DNA of 64,000 bases from Klebsiella phage phiKp_32, in the sequence record LC768500.1. One strand, 5' to 3'. Positions 20,686 to 31,148 of this stretch are shown one piece after another (position 1 is the first letter of the stretch; every line of letters starts with the position of its first letter). Both the position numbers and the translations under genes were made by a program. The notes below the pieces were generated by a model. It did not search any database and was not told where the DNA came from. It worked only from the letters and a program-made list of their open reading frames with translations.

Positions 20686-22836
20686 TTACCTCGGAAATTG
20701 TTGGTGCCAGACGCGTCCAATATCTCCGATAATCGAGTCGTTCACAATACCCGCGATATTACCCGCAGAAACAGACTGACTTATCGAGTTCTTAGCCGTG
20801 GTTAATCTCCTTGATAATTTGTTCCATCTTAAAACGGTATCAAGGTAATCCGACCCGGATAATCTCGTAATGTAGTCGGTATATTTCCCGGTATCGATCA
20901 ACATCCTGTTAACCGCTTCAGCAGGGTTCGTCATATCGAGTAAGGAGACCGCCCTGGAGATAGGAAGCGAGACATGTTTTTCTAAATCGACAAAGGAGAT
21001 ATCAACAGTACAGTTCAACGGTTTACGGTCTTTCTTCCAACCACCAACACCTTGTCCAAAGGAGATCGTTGCGGAATCGACCATACACGTTCTCATGATG
21101 GCACGACTCTTAGAAAAGATCTTACACAGGAAGGGTGATGTGTGAGCTGAAGGACCTGCGCTTAACGGCAGAATGATCGGCATCAATAATGATAGCGGAA
21201 CCCAGATATTCATCAGTTGCGAATAAGGGTGTGCGTAAGTCGCCTCAAAATAGAAACGATAAGTTTCTTTATGTAGGTTTGCTGACGATTCGGCCCAGTG
21301 ATCAGGAATGTTGATATAAGAGTTGTTCATTAACGCCATGGGAATGTTAGCGATCCCTATGGAGTTAATACCACCCATAGCAACTTCTTTCAAACCACTA
21401 ATAACGCCGTCAACAACACCAACGCCTGTCATTCCTCCGGCTAAATCAAAACGAAGATCGTTAGCCGCTTTTGACATACTGTTGAATTTATCCGCTACGG
21501 CTGACTGGGTGGCAGAGTTAGAGAAGTTATCCGTTACCTCACCTAAATGTTCTACTCGCCAAGTAATAGCATCTAGACCGCCGTACCAAGATGTTTTAAC
21601 GAGATCAGCAACTTGTCCCGCCCACGAAGAGTCAGTGACGTTATCCGTAGCCGCAGTTAATCTCGCTGTAACGGATTCCAGACTCTCCGAAGCAGAGGAG
21701 AACTCACCTTGCCCGGAAGAGGCCGTGGTGGTCGTTCCACTTCCGTCAGTATTCATTGACGAAGCATCCGATGGTGCGGCAGTCGCCGTCCCTGTCCCGG
21801 TCGTATCCGTGGTAATTGCTTGCGGGAGTATGCTCGTGTAAGCATCTTGATCGGTAAATGCCGAGGCTTTCTCCGGGTAATACCCTTCTTCTTTAGCACG
21901 ATATTTACCGGTGGTGTTCAATTCCTTTTGCATCAACTCATTGACACCATACTGTTTCCCAGAGAGAGTTTCGGCATTGAACTGGATGTTTTTGGCAATA
22001 TCTGCCATCGCATCGTATTTTTCCTGAGCGGAGTTAATGATGCGTTCGTTGAGCTTCTCAATTTCGGATAAGAACTTCCGATATTTTCTCGTCCCTAGTG
22101 AGACCAGTCGAATAACGTCTATTGTTCCGTCGTCGTTAATACAGTCCGGAAATAATGCGTTTAATCGCGCTATTTCATTATAGTAATTCCCGGCTTCTTC
22201 TGGGTCAACACCATTGATAGGCGCTCCTGGCGGTTTCTTAATAGCAAGAACGGGTTTTATAAATCCTTGAGCTGTAGCAACGTCGTTTAAGAAGTTATTA
22301 GCTGCAGTCAGGTACATCCCCATGCTAGGCTTCACGTAATAATACTGATTACGCGGAGTATCCATGAGGAAGTCTAAGAACGTCATCCCGATGCTGATCA
22401 GCTGGATGGGCCAGAATGCCAAAGTCCCTAACCCCTGACCGAAATAAAACGCCAGGCTGGGGCTACGGCCTTTATTAGCCTGAATAGCTGCTACTGGGTC
22501 GAACATGCGTTCTAAGAAAGTCAGTATCCCTGTGAATTCTGGAACACCAACAGTGATGGTAAGAAGAGACGCATTATCGTCATAGATCTTCTTATACTGT
22601 GTTCCCATCCCGCCGTATGAGGAAGACAAAAATTGGGAATAACGGGGGTCTGTCGCCGGCCCAAATTGAGGGACTGGGTTGATGTACCGGTTATCCCCAA
22701 TCGCACTACTGAAAAAGTTGTAATAAAGGTCTTTGTTAAGGTGATCTCGGATAGTGACGTTATCTATCCCAGTGCACATTAATTTGAAAGACTTAGCGAT
22801 GAGATTTCTATCTCGTAAAGATATGCTGTTAGCCAC
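20686..22836 (-). CDS. hypothetical virion-type protein with a Thr/Gly-rich linker
   Basis: 716-aa ORF co-oriented downstream of the 2268-aa gene; TTDTTGTGTATAAP..GSGTTTTASSG low-complexity linker. Confidence 0.6.
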   Translation of the reverse strand: MANSISLRDRNLIAKSFKLMCTGIDNVTIRDHLNKDLYYNFFSSAIGDNRYINPVPQFGPATDPRYSQFLSSSYGGMGTQYKKIYDDNASLLTITVGVPEFTGILTFLERMFDPVAAIQANKGRSPSLAFYFGQGLGTLAFWPIQLISIGMTFLDFLMDTPRNQYYYVKPSMGMYLTAANNFLNDVATAQGFIKPVLAIKKPPGAPINGVDPEEAGNYYNEIARLNALFPDCINDDGTIDVIRLVSLGTRKYRKFLSEIEKLNERIINSAQEKYDAMADIAKNIQFNAETLSGKQYGVNELMQKELNTTGKYRAKEEGYYPEKASAFTDQDAYTSILPQAITTDTTGTGTATAAPSDASSMNTDGSGTTTTASSGQGEFSSASESLESVTARLTAATDNVTDSSWAGQVADLVKTSWYGGLDAITWRVEHLGEVTDNFSNSATQSAVADKFNSMSKAANDLRFDLAGGMTGVGVVDGVISGLKEVAMGGINSIGIANIPMALMNNSYINIPDHWAESSANLHKETYRFYFEATYAHPYSQLMNIWVPLSLLMPIILPLSAGPSAHTSPFLCKIFSKSRAIMRTCMVDSATISFGQGVGGWKKDRKPLNCTVDISFVDLEKHVSLPISRAVSLLDMTNPAEAVNRMLIDTGKYTDYITRLSGSDYLDTVLRWNKLSRRLTTAKNSISQSVSAGNIAGIVNDSIIGDIGRVWHQQFPR

Positions 22837-22878
22837 GCCGTGTCTCCTGATTGGTGGGGCTTTCGCCCCACCGTATGG

Positions 22879-25800
22879 TTATTTGCTCGTATACCCCATC
22901 CTAGGATCTGGAGCTTTCTGGTTCTGGATTTCTTTAAGCAATTGAGCGAGTAAATCGTTAGTTCTTCCTTGGGCTTGAACTTGAGCCGTTGCGACCGGAT
23001 CGGGTTGCTGAACCGGTTTAGCCAACGGAGTTGGCGGCGCAGAAGTACTTTGCTCGGTCGGGACCTTAACACGATTAAGTGGGTTAGCCGGATCGGATTT
23101 GTACGCGACCGATCCCTCACTCACCGGGGTAGAAGGCACAGCTCCGATAGGTTTAGGTCCTTGATTAACCGACGGAGTAGTAATCGCTGAAACTGCCGCG
23201 ACACTGTTAGCTGTTCCTACGTTTTCCGATTTCATCGTAGGCGGTTTGGCGTCAGGGCTGACAGAGGAAACCGAACTCGGAGGAGTTTCCCCAGAAGAGG
23301 AAGGCGTCGCTCCAGCATTAGGATCCACCGTCAACTCATTGGAAGTCAAACGTTTCATATACTGCTGATAAAGTCTTGTCCTCGCCGGCATATCAGGCAA
23401 GCCGTTGGGGTTAAGTCCTTGAGCTGCATATTCAAACGAGTTGTTCTTCACAATGGACTGAAGTCGTTTACCAGTCGAGCCGTTGGAGAGATACCAGATC
23501 AAGGTTTTCGCCATGACTTCTGGATCAGTAGAAACTAACTCTGGATTCTTAACGAGGTCTTTCCCCACATACTGAGAGGCAGCTCTGAAGTTATCCTTAC
23601 CCGTAAGCTGAATGAACCCACGGCCTCTGTAAAGCCATCCGTCGTTAGGACCACTGTTACCCAACCTACCGCCATAAACCGCGTTAGCGATGGCCTGAGG
23701 GCCACCAGCCACGATCTGCTGGGCCTGCCCCATCGACTTCACTCTACCTGGGAAAATTTCCAACAGCCGACCTGGCTTGTAGTTCATGTTTTCCGCGGTA
23801 TTCTTAAATCCTCCGCTTTCAAAGTTAGCCAGAGCTAACATTTCAGCAATAAGACGAGGATCCGTGAAGCCGGCCTTAATCATCTCCTTCATGATTAATT
23901 GCTCTGCGGCTTTCTGGGGAACGCTAACACCTTTGTCTCCACCTCCCGACCCGCCTACCGGAGTGACACCAGAAAGATCAACTGTCGACGTATCGGTATT
24001 ACCCGTAATAGGTTTATAGTTGATGACTGGCTGACCGCCCGCGATGACGTTATCGCCCATTGCAGCGGTCGCAACAGCCTGATTTAATCCACCCTCACCC
24101 ATTGAGTGAGCCGAGGTATACGGAACGACTTCTTTAGCTCCAGAAGCTTTAACTTCTTTGTCACCAAAATTCAATTTCGCATTCTTCGCGGCGGTATCGA
24201 GGTTATTAACGATTGCTTTAACCTGAGGTGTGATCGACCCAGAAGTTGTATTAGGGAACGGCGACCATTTAACCTCCCAAACGGAAGTTGGGGTTTTACC
24301 GATATTCACTTTGAGCCCTAAAAGCTCTTTTGCGAAATCAAAAGCGTTAGTGGCAGTCATGGACTTCCAACCCGCGCTTGGTTTCACCCCCCTCATGATC
24401 CTCACGTATTTCACCCACGCCATACAGACTGGGAGGAAACGATCCCGGAACCACGTACACCATTGGTTAGCTTGGTCGTCAGTTATTCTGAATGAGTTCT
24501 TAAAGAGGTTATACACCGCACCTGTGGTAGAAGTGAATCTAGCGTCGTTACCGATTACACTGATGTAATCCTCACAATACCGTTCTAACTTCAACACAGC
24601 TTCAACACGCCATGGGATGTGTTCCGTGTCACCGTAGGCTGCTAATCTTAATGCGGTTATCCCGGCCAGAGGTTTATCGCCCCCTGGTAAAAGATCGGTG
24701 ATGTTAATTTCCATAACCGATTTTGTTACCGGATAACGTTTATTGATCTCTTCAATATCAGAACGATCCTCGTACGTCCCACCCACTCTCATTTTAAGAC
24801 TAGACCACCAACCTGCCTTCTCAGATTTTTCAACCTGTTCGGCGGAGGTCTTCATGGTCACAATGCCTTCTTTCTCTATCCCCTCAGCTGTTCTTCCGTG
24901 TCTTTCGTTAAAGCTTTTCAGTTCGTCCAAATACAACCTAACCTGATTAATGGTTTGGTCTTTACCCATTATAGGTGTGGCTTCATCGAACTGAGCGGCT
25001 ATCTGATAAGGATAAGGATTGATGGTACCGATCCTGTCGTTGATGGTGGAAACAGTAGAGTACAATTTAGCGTCGGTCGATTTATCGAACGTCTCAAAAT
25101 CCCTGTACCCCGCGGTATCGATCGCAGAAGCGTAAGTCAGGAAAATAGGTTTGAAACGAAGATTAAACCAAGTGAAGTAAGCCTGCTGCTGGCCCTTGTC
25201 ATTGGCTTGAGGTATGAAGCTTTGGAATATCTGTTCGAGAGGAGCTGATTTAGCTATTGAAGCCACCCCAGCGGTTACGACGACATATTCACGTAATGCT
25301 TCTTCGGCAGATCTGATCTTAGCGGCTAAATCTGACTCGACGTCCTTGATACCATATTGAGCCATACGAAGTTTGAACTGCGACCCTTTGCCTTTGGCGT
25401 AATACTTATAGATCAAATACCCGGCAACTGCAACTGCCCCAATCCCCAACGTTACTGGATTAAATAACAGAGGAGCGACGGCAGTAGCCAAAGCACCTGT
25501 ACCCGATACAATAGCCGACCCGGCAGCACTCGCACCAGAAGCAATAGCTGATCCGATCCCGAGGTTAATCCCCATAGCCGACATGGCGCTAGAACCCAAA
25601 GATACCGCCGAAGCCGCAGTAAGCGTATTGCTCGCCACATCCTTCCAGTTAGTCCCTTCGTGTTCTTCATTGGTGGCGTCGAGGTACATTCCTAATCCAG
25701 CGGTAGCCAAACCCGCTAAGCCGAATTTAAATGCCCTTCCTCTACCTACCCTACCGCCTCTAGTTCTTCTTCCTCTACGTCGGCCTGAAGCCCCTCCTGC

Positions 25801-28800
25801 AGCATCAACAATATCGTCAACACCATCAGATGCCCGGCGACCTAACAGACCAACAGTAAGGATCTTAGCTAACGACGTTAATCCACTTACAATAGCGGGT
25901 AGAGTGGTGATACCGAGGGTTAAGAATTTGGAGAGTTTAACACCAAGTCCGGCGACCCCACCCAAAATAGTTCCCATGGGGTTCTTAACGAAACCCAAGA
26001 GACCATTAAGGAATCCGCCACCTTTCTTCTCTTCATCGGGAGAACCGGAACCTCTCTCTCCTTCTCTATGACCGGCGAGATCGATAATAGCGTCCTGATA
26101 ACGAGATTCACGTTCAGCTTTCGCTTTACGTTCCTTATCTTCTAAAGAGTTTAAGCGAACATCATCCGTGTTTCCCATTCGGCTTGTTTCATTAACAATA
26201 TCAGCCTTGATATCCGGCATGTCGTTAATGTCATAACCAAACTTACGGCAAAGCAGAGCGTAAATACGATCGACCGAATTGGTAATAGGCGTATAGTCCG
26301 CGGTTACAAGATCGTTGATCTTATCTCCAGCTCGCTTACCGTAACCTTTAGCTCGATCACCCAGTTTCCTGCCCAGGTCAAGAAGTTTACCACCCATTAC
26401 TCCCGTCATACGTTTGAGGGATTCTATTTTCATCCCCCCTGATGTAATGAGCCCATCCTCGTATTCGGCTTGGGTAATAATGACGTCGCCGTTCTCATCA
26501 TACACCGGTCCGTCGATATCTCTCCAACCCTTTACAGGAACAACGCTACCATTCAAACGTTTGAAGTATTTACCGTTCTCAAAACCCTTCCTTGTCAGAA
26601 CAGGGGAATCCTCTCCGACTCGATAAACATCCATTTGGGTTATTCGATTGGTAATACCCTGACCTATGCCTTTCAATCGGTTAAGAGGATCTAACCAGTT
26701 AAAGAGTTTTAATCCGGCTGATTTCACCGCGTTTAAGCCACGAAGCACGACGGCCTTGCCTTCGGCACTGAACAGTTTACCCGAAAGACGTTTAGCGGAG
26801 ATCACGACCTTGGTTCCGAGATCAACGATCGATCCTTTGATCTCTTTCCAGCTGGTGATAATTTTCTTTAAAACTTTGTCGTAATACTGACGAGCTCTGA
26901 GTTTACGCGCTTCGAGTATTGGATCTTCACTCTCCCCATCGTAAATGTCTTCATCGTCACTGACGTCTCTGGCGTCCGCCATACTACGAACTTTGGTATA
27001 TAACGCCCAGGCTGCAGCACCACCACCGATCAACGCCGCTGTTTTAGGATCGTGAATCGCCAATCCCGCTAACCCACCTAACATCCCACCCAGCATCAGT
27101 GGTTCGTGAGCCAGCAGTTTATCCATGCCAGCACTGAAAATATCCTTAATCCCACCAAGACTTTTAATGCGGTCGAGGATGGTTTTCTTCTGTGCGGTAT
27201 CAGCGGCATCTTCAGCATCAGTTTTGGGCTTATTCACTTCGGCTGGCTGACGAGAAAGGATTTGTTTCAGGACTTCCAATTGTTCCTGATTAATATCCCT
27301 TATTCCCATTACAGAATCCGTTAAAGATTTAACTTGCTCTGGGCTTAATGCATTTCCATCTTGTCTGCCGGGAATCCCGAGTTTAAGCTGCTCGGTGAGT
27401 TCCGATAGGGCGGTAACTAATTTACCGGAATCCTTCCCGGACAACCCACGACGGTTATTGATAATGGTTTTCGAATTACCCCCACCCATTCCACCACGAG
27501 TAGGGAGAGGGCCTACGTCATCCTCTTCGATAAGGCCTTCGTTACCATTAAGCTCTGATTTTAACCGGTCCCATATCGCATCGGTGTTAAAGAAATCTGA
27601 CCCGTTTTCACTATTAATCAAATTCATTTCTCTTAATAGTGGATCGTAACCAGCGTTTCGTAACAAATCGATTTGCTGAGAAATATTAGGGAGATAGCCT
27701 TTGAGGTTTTTGGCTCGCAGACTAAGATCGGCCGCCAAACGTTTACTTTTAGCGGTCGGCATGTTCAACTGAGCTTTAATACCAGCCAGCCCAGATTTTT
27801 TAGCCGCTTCAATATGCTGGTCGGTTAACCTGAACGACCCCCGCATCACTTGTTCAATTTCTTTACGAATCGATGGAGTTAGCCCGTCTTCGTCTTCCAT
27901 CCCGAAATAGTTGAACGGGTTGAATCCTTTATCTTGGTCAACGTCTCTCGCCAAACGATAAGATAAGAAACGTTTAGCTTCTGGTGACAACGTCCCATTT
28001 TTGTCAATGACAGAAACCATGTCGGACGTACCTGAGGCCAACCCACTAAATTCTCTCCCATTCAACAAATTACGTTTAACCGCATTTTGGGTTTGTTTAT
28101 GGCTTAAGAACTTCCCACTGCGATAATCGAAGCGCTCTTCTTTCAGGTTATCATTACCCGTGCGTATCTTTTCCAAGCTCAGATGAAGCTTAGCGAACCA
28201 CCCAGGAATGATTTCATTTAACGTACGATCGGATTGACTGCTCCAGTAGCTTGGCTGAGTCAAATCCATCAAGTTACGTTTCTTGAGTTCGTACTGTTTA
28301 CCGCGGGAATCGTTGATATTAAAAGAAAGATCGTTTAACCTATTTCCCAGGAAATTTTTACCTGTTTGTTTTAAACGCCACGCTCTTTCACTTAACCGTT
28401 TTTCACCGGGAGCAAGTGAGTCAAGGTAATCGTCGTAGGTAGAAAAGTCTTCTTCGTAGTTAGCGTTATTGCGGAGAATGGTTCCTGCTAAACCAGCCGC
28501 GTTAGTTCCAGCGTATGACAGAACGCTACCCAACTGTTCCAACTTGCGATATTGCCGGCGGATGTTTTTGGCTTCTTTTGGATAGAGGGTCGCAAGTTTA
28601 TTAATAAGCTTAGCACCCTGCCCAGATTTAAAGAAAGCTGGTCCTCTCTCAATGACCTCGTTAGCTAGCATCTGCCCGATAATGGTTCCCATATTGAGAC
28701 CCATTCCTTCGGACATCTCCATCCCCATTCTACCCGCGCCAACCATTCCGCTTAAACCAGAAAGCATTCCTTCTCTGGCTTCTTTACCGAACGTCTCGGA

Positions 28801-29685
28801 CAGATAACCCATCACCCCACCGGACCTACGTCCGATTGTGGAGAAGATGGAATCACGCAATCTACCTTTAGCTGCCATAGCCAGGGAAGTTTTCTCGTAA
28901 TCACTCTTACCCGAATTAAGAGTGATCTTTTTAAGCTCGTCAATCTGACGATGCATCGAGGCTTCCATGAACTTGTAGTATTTAGCGTTGGTTAAATGCA
29001 TCCGAGCCAATAAGTTGATTTTAACCGCATCGTTCTTAGCCTGGATTTTATTCTGGTAACGCAAAATACCTTGAAGGGTGGTCGAGATCCCGCCTAACAG
29101 CGAATTGGTTGCTTGTTGCTGAGCTAATTGACGACCGCCAACTACCGCGGTCATGTTGTTGATAGCCCGCCCAATACCCACCATTGTTCCTGTCTGCTGG
29201 GCCGTAACTCCGCTTATAAAACCGGCTAAGCCATCTTCATCGACTTCTCCCATACTTGGATCAGAAGGCGTGTATCCTCCTTGATCCCAATGGCTAAAGT
29301 CCTTATTGCTGAAGGTCTCCAACCCCTGGGCAATTTTATTAGGAGCCTTGTCGCCGTGGCGGTCTAAGGTCATCTGAGCAATTGCCTGGAGATCTTCCAC
29401 CATATCTTTTGATCCGGCTTTGACCTCACTTAGGATCTCCTGCTTCTTCCAATCAAACTCTCTTTTTAAATCAAAGACAGTCCCAAATGATTTTGGGAGG
29501 AGCATTTTAGCCGTTCTCAACCTACCTTCTGAACTTCCTATCGTACCGCTGTGGAGCTCACTGAGAAAACCGCTCCCCATGCTCGCAAAGAAACCTTTTT
29601 TAGGTGCGTTATCGAAGTCGAAGTCGAAATCTATATCGCCGGCGAATGGGTCGTCTCCCCAATCGTCGAAATCATCTTTAGCCAT
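22879..29685 (-). CDS. giant (2268 aa) virion-associated peptidoglycan hydrolase / tape-measure-like protein with a C-proximal GH19-type domain (phiKZ gp181-like architecture)
   Basis: ..LANFESGGFKNTAE..LYRGRGFIQLTGKDNFRAASQYVGKDL..TLIWYLSNG.. GH19 signature; several Gly/Ala-rich hydrophobic segments (MLGGMLGGLAGLAI, GSAIASGASAAGSAIVSGTGALATAV); divergently adjacent to the RNAP beta-prime gene. Confidence 0.7.
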   Translation of the reverse strand: MAKDDFDDWGDDPFAGDIDFDFDFDNAPKKGFFASMGSGFLSELHSGTIGSSEGRLRTAKMLLPKSFGTVFDLKREFDWKKQEILSEVKAGSKDMVEDLQAIAQMTLDRHGDKAPNKIAQGLETFSNKDFSHWDQGGYTPSDPSMGEVDEDGLAGFISGVTAQQTGTMVGIGRAINNMTAVVGGRQLAQQQATNSLLGGISTTLQGILRYQNKIQAKNDAVKINLLARMHLTNAKYYKFMEASMHRQIDELKKITLNSGKSDYEKTSLAMAAKGRLRDSIFSTIGRRSGGVMGYLSETFGKEAREGMLSGLSGMVGAGRMGMEMSEGMGLNMGTIIGQMLANEVIERGPAFFKSGQGAKLINKLATLYPKEAKNIRRQYRKLEQLGSVLSYAGTNAAGLAGTILRNNANYEEDFSTYDDYLDSLAPGEKRLSERAWRLKQTGKNFLGNRLNDLSFNINDSRGKQYELKKRNLMDLTQPSYWSSQSDRTLNEIIPGWFAKLHLSLEKIRTGNDNLKEERFDYRSGKFLSHKQTQNAVKRNLLNGREFSGLASGTSDMVSVIDKNGTLSPEAKRFLSYRLARDVDQDKGFNPFNYFGMEDEDGLTPSIRKEIEQVMRGSFRLTDQHIEAAKKSGLAGIKAQLNMPTAKSKRLAADLSLRAKNLKGYLPNISQQIDLLRNAGYDPLLREMNLINSENGSDFFNTDAIWDRLKSELNGNEGLIEEDDVGPLPTRGGMGGGNSKTIINNRRGLSGKDSGKLVTALSELTEQLKLGIPGRQDGNALSPEQVKSLTDSVMGIRDINQEQLEVLKQILSRQPAEVNKPKTDAEDAADTAQKKTILDRIKSLGGIKDIFSAGMDKLLAHEPLMLGGMLGGLAGLAIHDPKTAALIGGGAAAWALYTKVRSMADARDVSDDEDIYDGESEDPILEARKLRARQYYDKVLKKIITSWKEIKGSIVDLGTKVVISAKRLSGKLFSAEGKAVVLRGLNAVKSAGLKLFNWLDPLNRLKGIGQGITNRITQMDVYRVGEDSPVLTRKGFENGKYFKRLNGSVVPVKGWRDIDGPVYDENGDVIITQAEYEDGLITSGGMKIESLKRMTGVMGGKLLDLGRKLGDRAKGYGKRAGDKINDLVTADYTPITNSVDRIYALLCRKFGYDINDMPDIKADIVNETSRMGNTDDVRLNSLEDKERKAKAERESRYQDAIIDLAGHREGERGSGSPDEEKKGGGFLNGLLGFVKNPMGTILGGVAGLGVKLSKFLTLGITTLPAIVSGLTSLAKILTVGLLGRRASDGVDDIVDAAGGASGRRRGRRTRGGRVGRGRAFKFGLAGLATAGLGMYLDATNEEHEGTNWKDVASNTLTAASAVSLGSSAMSAMGINLGIGSAIASGASAAGSAIVSGTGALATAVAPLLFNPVTLGIGAVAVAGYLIYKYYAKGKGSQFKLRMAQYGIKDVESDLAAKIRSAEEALREYVVVTAGVASIAKSAPLEQIFQSFIPQANDKGQQQAYFTWFNLRFKPIFLTYASAIDTAGYRDFETFDKSTDAKLYSTVSTINDRIGTINPYPYQIAAQFDEATPIMGKDQTINQVRLYLDELKSFNERHGRTAEGIEKEGIVTMKTSAEQVEKSEKAGWWSSLKMRVGGTYEDRSDIEEINKRYPVTKSVMEINITDLLPGGDKPLAGITALRLAAYGDTEHIPWRVEAVLKLERYCEDYISVIGNDARFTSTTGAVYNLFKNSFRITDDQANQWCTWFRDRFLPVCMAWVKYVRIMRGVKPSAGWKSMTATNAFDFAKELLGLKVNIGKTPTSVWEVKWSPFPNTTSGSITPQVKAIVNNLDTAAKNAKLNFGDKEVKASGAKEVVPYTSAHSMGEGGLNQAVATAAMGDNVIAGGQPVINYKPITGNTDTSTVDLSGVTPVGGSGGGDKGVSVPQKAAEQLIMKEMIKAGFTDPRLIAEMLALANFESGGFKNTAENMNYKPGRLLEIFPGRVKSMGQAQQIVAGGPQAIANAVYGGRLGNSGPNDGWLYRGRGFIQLTGKDNFRAASQYVGKDLVKNPELVSTDPEVMAKTLIWYLSNGSTGKRLQSIVKNNSFEYAAQGLNPNGLPDMPARTRLYQQYMKRLTSNELTVDPNAGATPSSSGETPPSSVSSVSPDAKPPTMKSENVGTANSVAAVSAITTPSVNQGPKPIGAVPSTPVSEGSVAYKSDPANPLNRVKVPTEQSTSAPPTPLAKPVQQPDPVATAQVQAQGRTNDLLAQLLKEIQNQKAPDPRMGYTSK

Positions 29686-29705
29686 TTTAACCTCGTGGTG
29701 CGAAT

Positions 29706-31148
29706 ATGCAACCTACTAATATTACGTTATTGAACCCAAACAAAGTGGCTTGGGCTCTCATGAAAGCCGTGACGTCAACAGACGTCCATGAGGGGATGAC
29801 CAACAACCTTCATGAAGATGGTTTATACTCTCCAACAATCTTCGGTCGTGTCGGTACCGACCAACGAGATAAAACTCAATCTTACATCAATGTTAAGATT
29901 CCTGTCTTCAACCCGACTTATTTTAAGGCTTTGATTGGGTTAAAGGGTTTGTATCTCGGAATAATCAAAGGGACGGAATACGCCCTTTGGGACGCATCAG
30001 AACGCGACTTCATAAAATCAAACCTCCTGGAAGGAGAAACCGGCTACAGTTTCTTTATGCGTCACTTTTACGACTTAGAGCCTAAGTTAAACGAAAGTTA
30101 TAAACGCAAACAGCGCGTAGAACTCTTTAATAAATTTAAAGACATCGCGTTGACTAAAAACATCATTGTCCTGCCGGCTGGTATTCGCGATATTCAAATA
30201 GAACCTAACGGACAAATCGTCGAGCCTGAAATAAATGATTTCTATCGTAAACTGATCTTCCGTAGTCGCAGCGTGGTTATCCAGGAAGGTGAAGAAGATA
30301 ATCCGATTTACGATAACATCCGTTGGGCGATTCAAAGCGTGTTTAACGATATCGATGATTATATCTTCCGACTGATGGAAGGTAAGCGTGGATTCTTACA
30401 GCGCCGAGTCTCAACTCGTGGTGTCGTCGGGGGTACTCGTAACGTTATTACCGCTCGTAAAGTTTCTGTTGCTGATGCGGATGATGATAATGGGGTTGAC
30501 GTTAACACCACAGATATCGGGATGTATCAAGCGCTGTTGGGTTTCCAATACGTTGCACGATATGCGTTACTTAAAGGTTTCTTAAGCCGCGTGTTTACGG
30601 TAGGGTCAAGTACGGCTAAACTCGTCGACCCCAGAACCTTTGAATATCAATACGTTGAAGTTGAGAGCAACATTGTTGACAAATGGTTGTCAGCCGATGG
30701 ACTCACCGCTTTGTTCAACGGATTCGGCACCAGGCACTTGCGTCATAAACCGATCAAAATCAACGGTTATTACATGGGCCTGACCTATGATGACGGTAAA
30801 TATGTCAAGTTACTCGGTGACGTAACCGAACTTCCTCCTGGGTTTGATAAGAAGTTCTGCAAACCATTGACTTACATGGAACTCTTCTATTTAAGTTGTG
30901 TCGAAGAAATAGAAAAGAGGATGCTTCAGGTTACCCGTTATCCGATTACTGGGATGGGGTCCATCTATCCTAGCTTCATCAAAATCAAAACAACGACTAA
31001 CGCCCAAAAAAGAATTATTTTAGATGATTACTGGGAAGAAGGTTATCGTTGCACATACTACCCAGTCAGAGAAACTAAACCAGATTATTTCGACGCCATG
31101 AGTGTCGATGGTAGTCGGTTAGGATTACTCGGCGGGGACTTCGATTGA
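29706..31148 (+). CDS. RNAP beta-prime-like subunit, N-terminal polypeptide, exon 1 (ends ..LLGGDFD inside the catalytic DFDGD motif)
   Basis: ..EDGLYSPTIFGRVG.. (cf. beta-prime RDGLFCARIFGP), ..IIVLPAGIRDIQ.. (cf. VLPVLPPDLRP), ..GKRGFLQRRVSTRGVVGGTRNVITA.. (cf. [23 protein letters not shown]), ..TRYPITGMGSIYPSF.. (cf. NRAPTLHRLGIQAF). Confidence 0.8.
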   Translation: MQPTNITLLNPNKVAWALMKAVTSTDVHEGMTNNLHEDGLYSPTIFGRVGTDQRDKTQSYINVKIPVFNPTYFKALIGLKGLYLGIIKGTEYALWDASERDFIKSNLLEGETGYSFFMRHFYDLEPKLNESYKRKQRVELFNKFKDIALTKNIIVLPAGIRDIQIEPNGQIVEPEINDFYRKLIFRSRSVVIQEGEEDNPIYDNIRWAIQSVFNDIDDYIFRLMEGKRGFLQRRVSTRGVVGGTRNVITARKVSVADADDDNGVDVNTTDIGMYQALLGFQYVARYALLKGFLSRVFTVGSSTAKLVDPRTFEYQYVEVESNIVDKWLSADGLTALFNGFGTRHLRHKPIKINGYYMGLTYDDGKYVKLLGDVTELPPGFDKKFCKPLTYMELFYLSCVEEIEKRMLQVTRYPITGMGSIYPSFIKIKTTTNAQKRIILDDYWEEGYRCTYYPVRETKPDYFDAMSVDGSRLGLLGGDFD

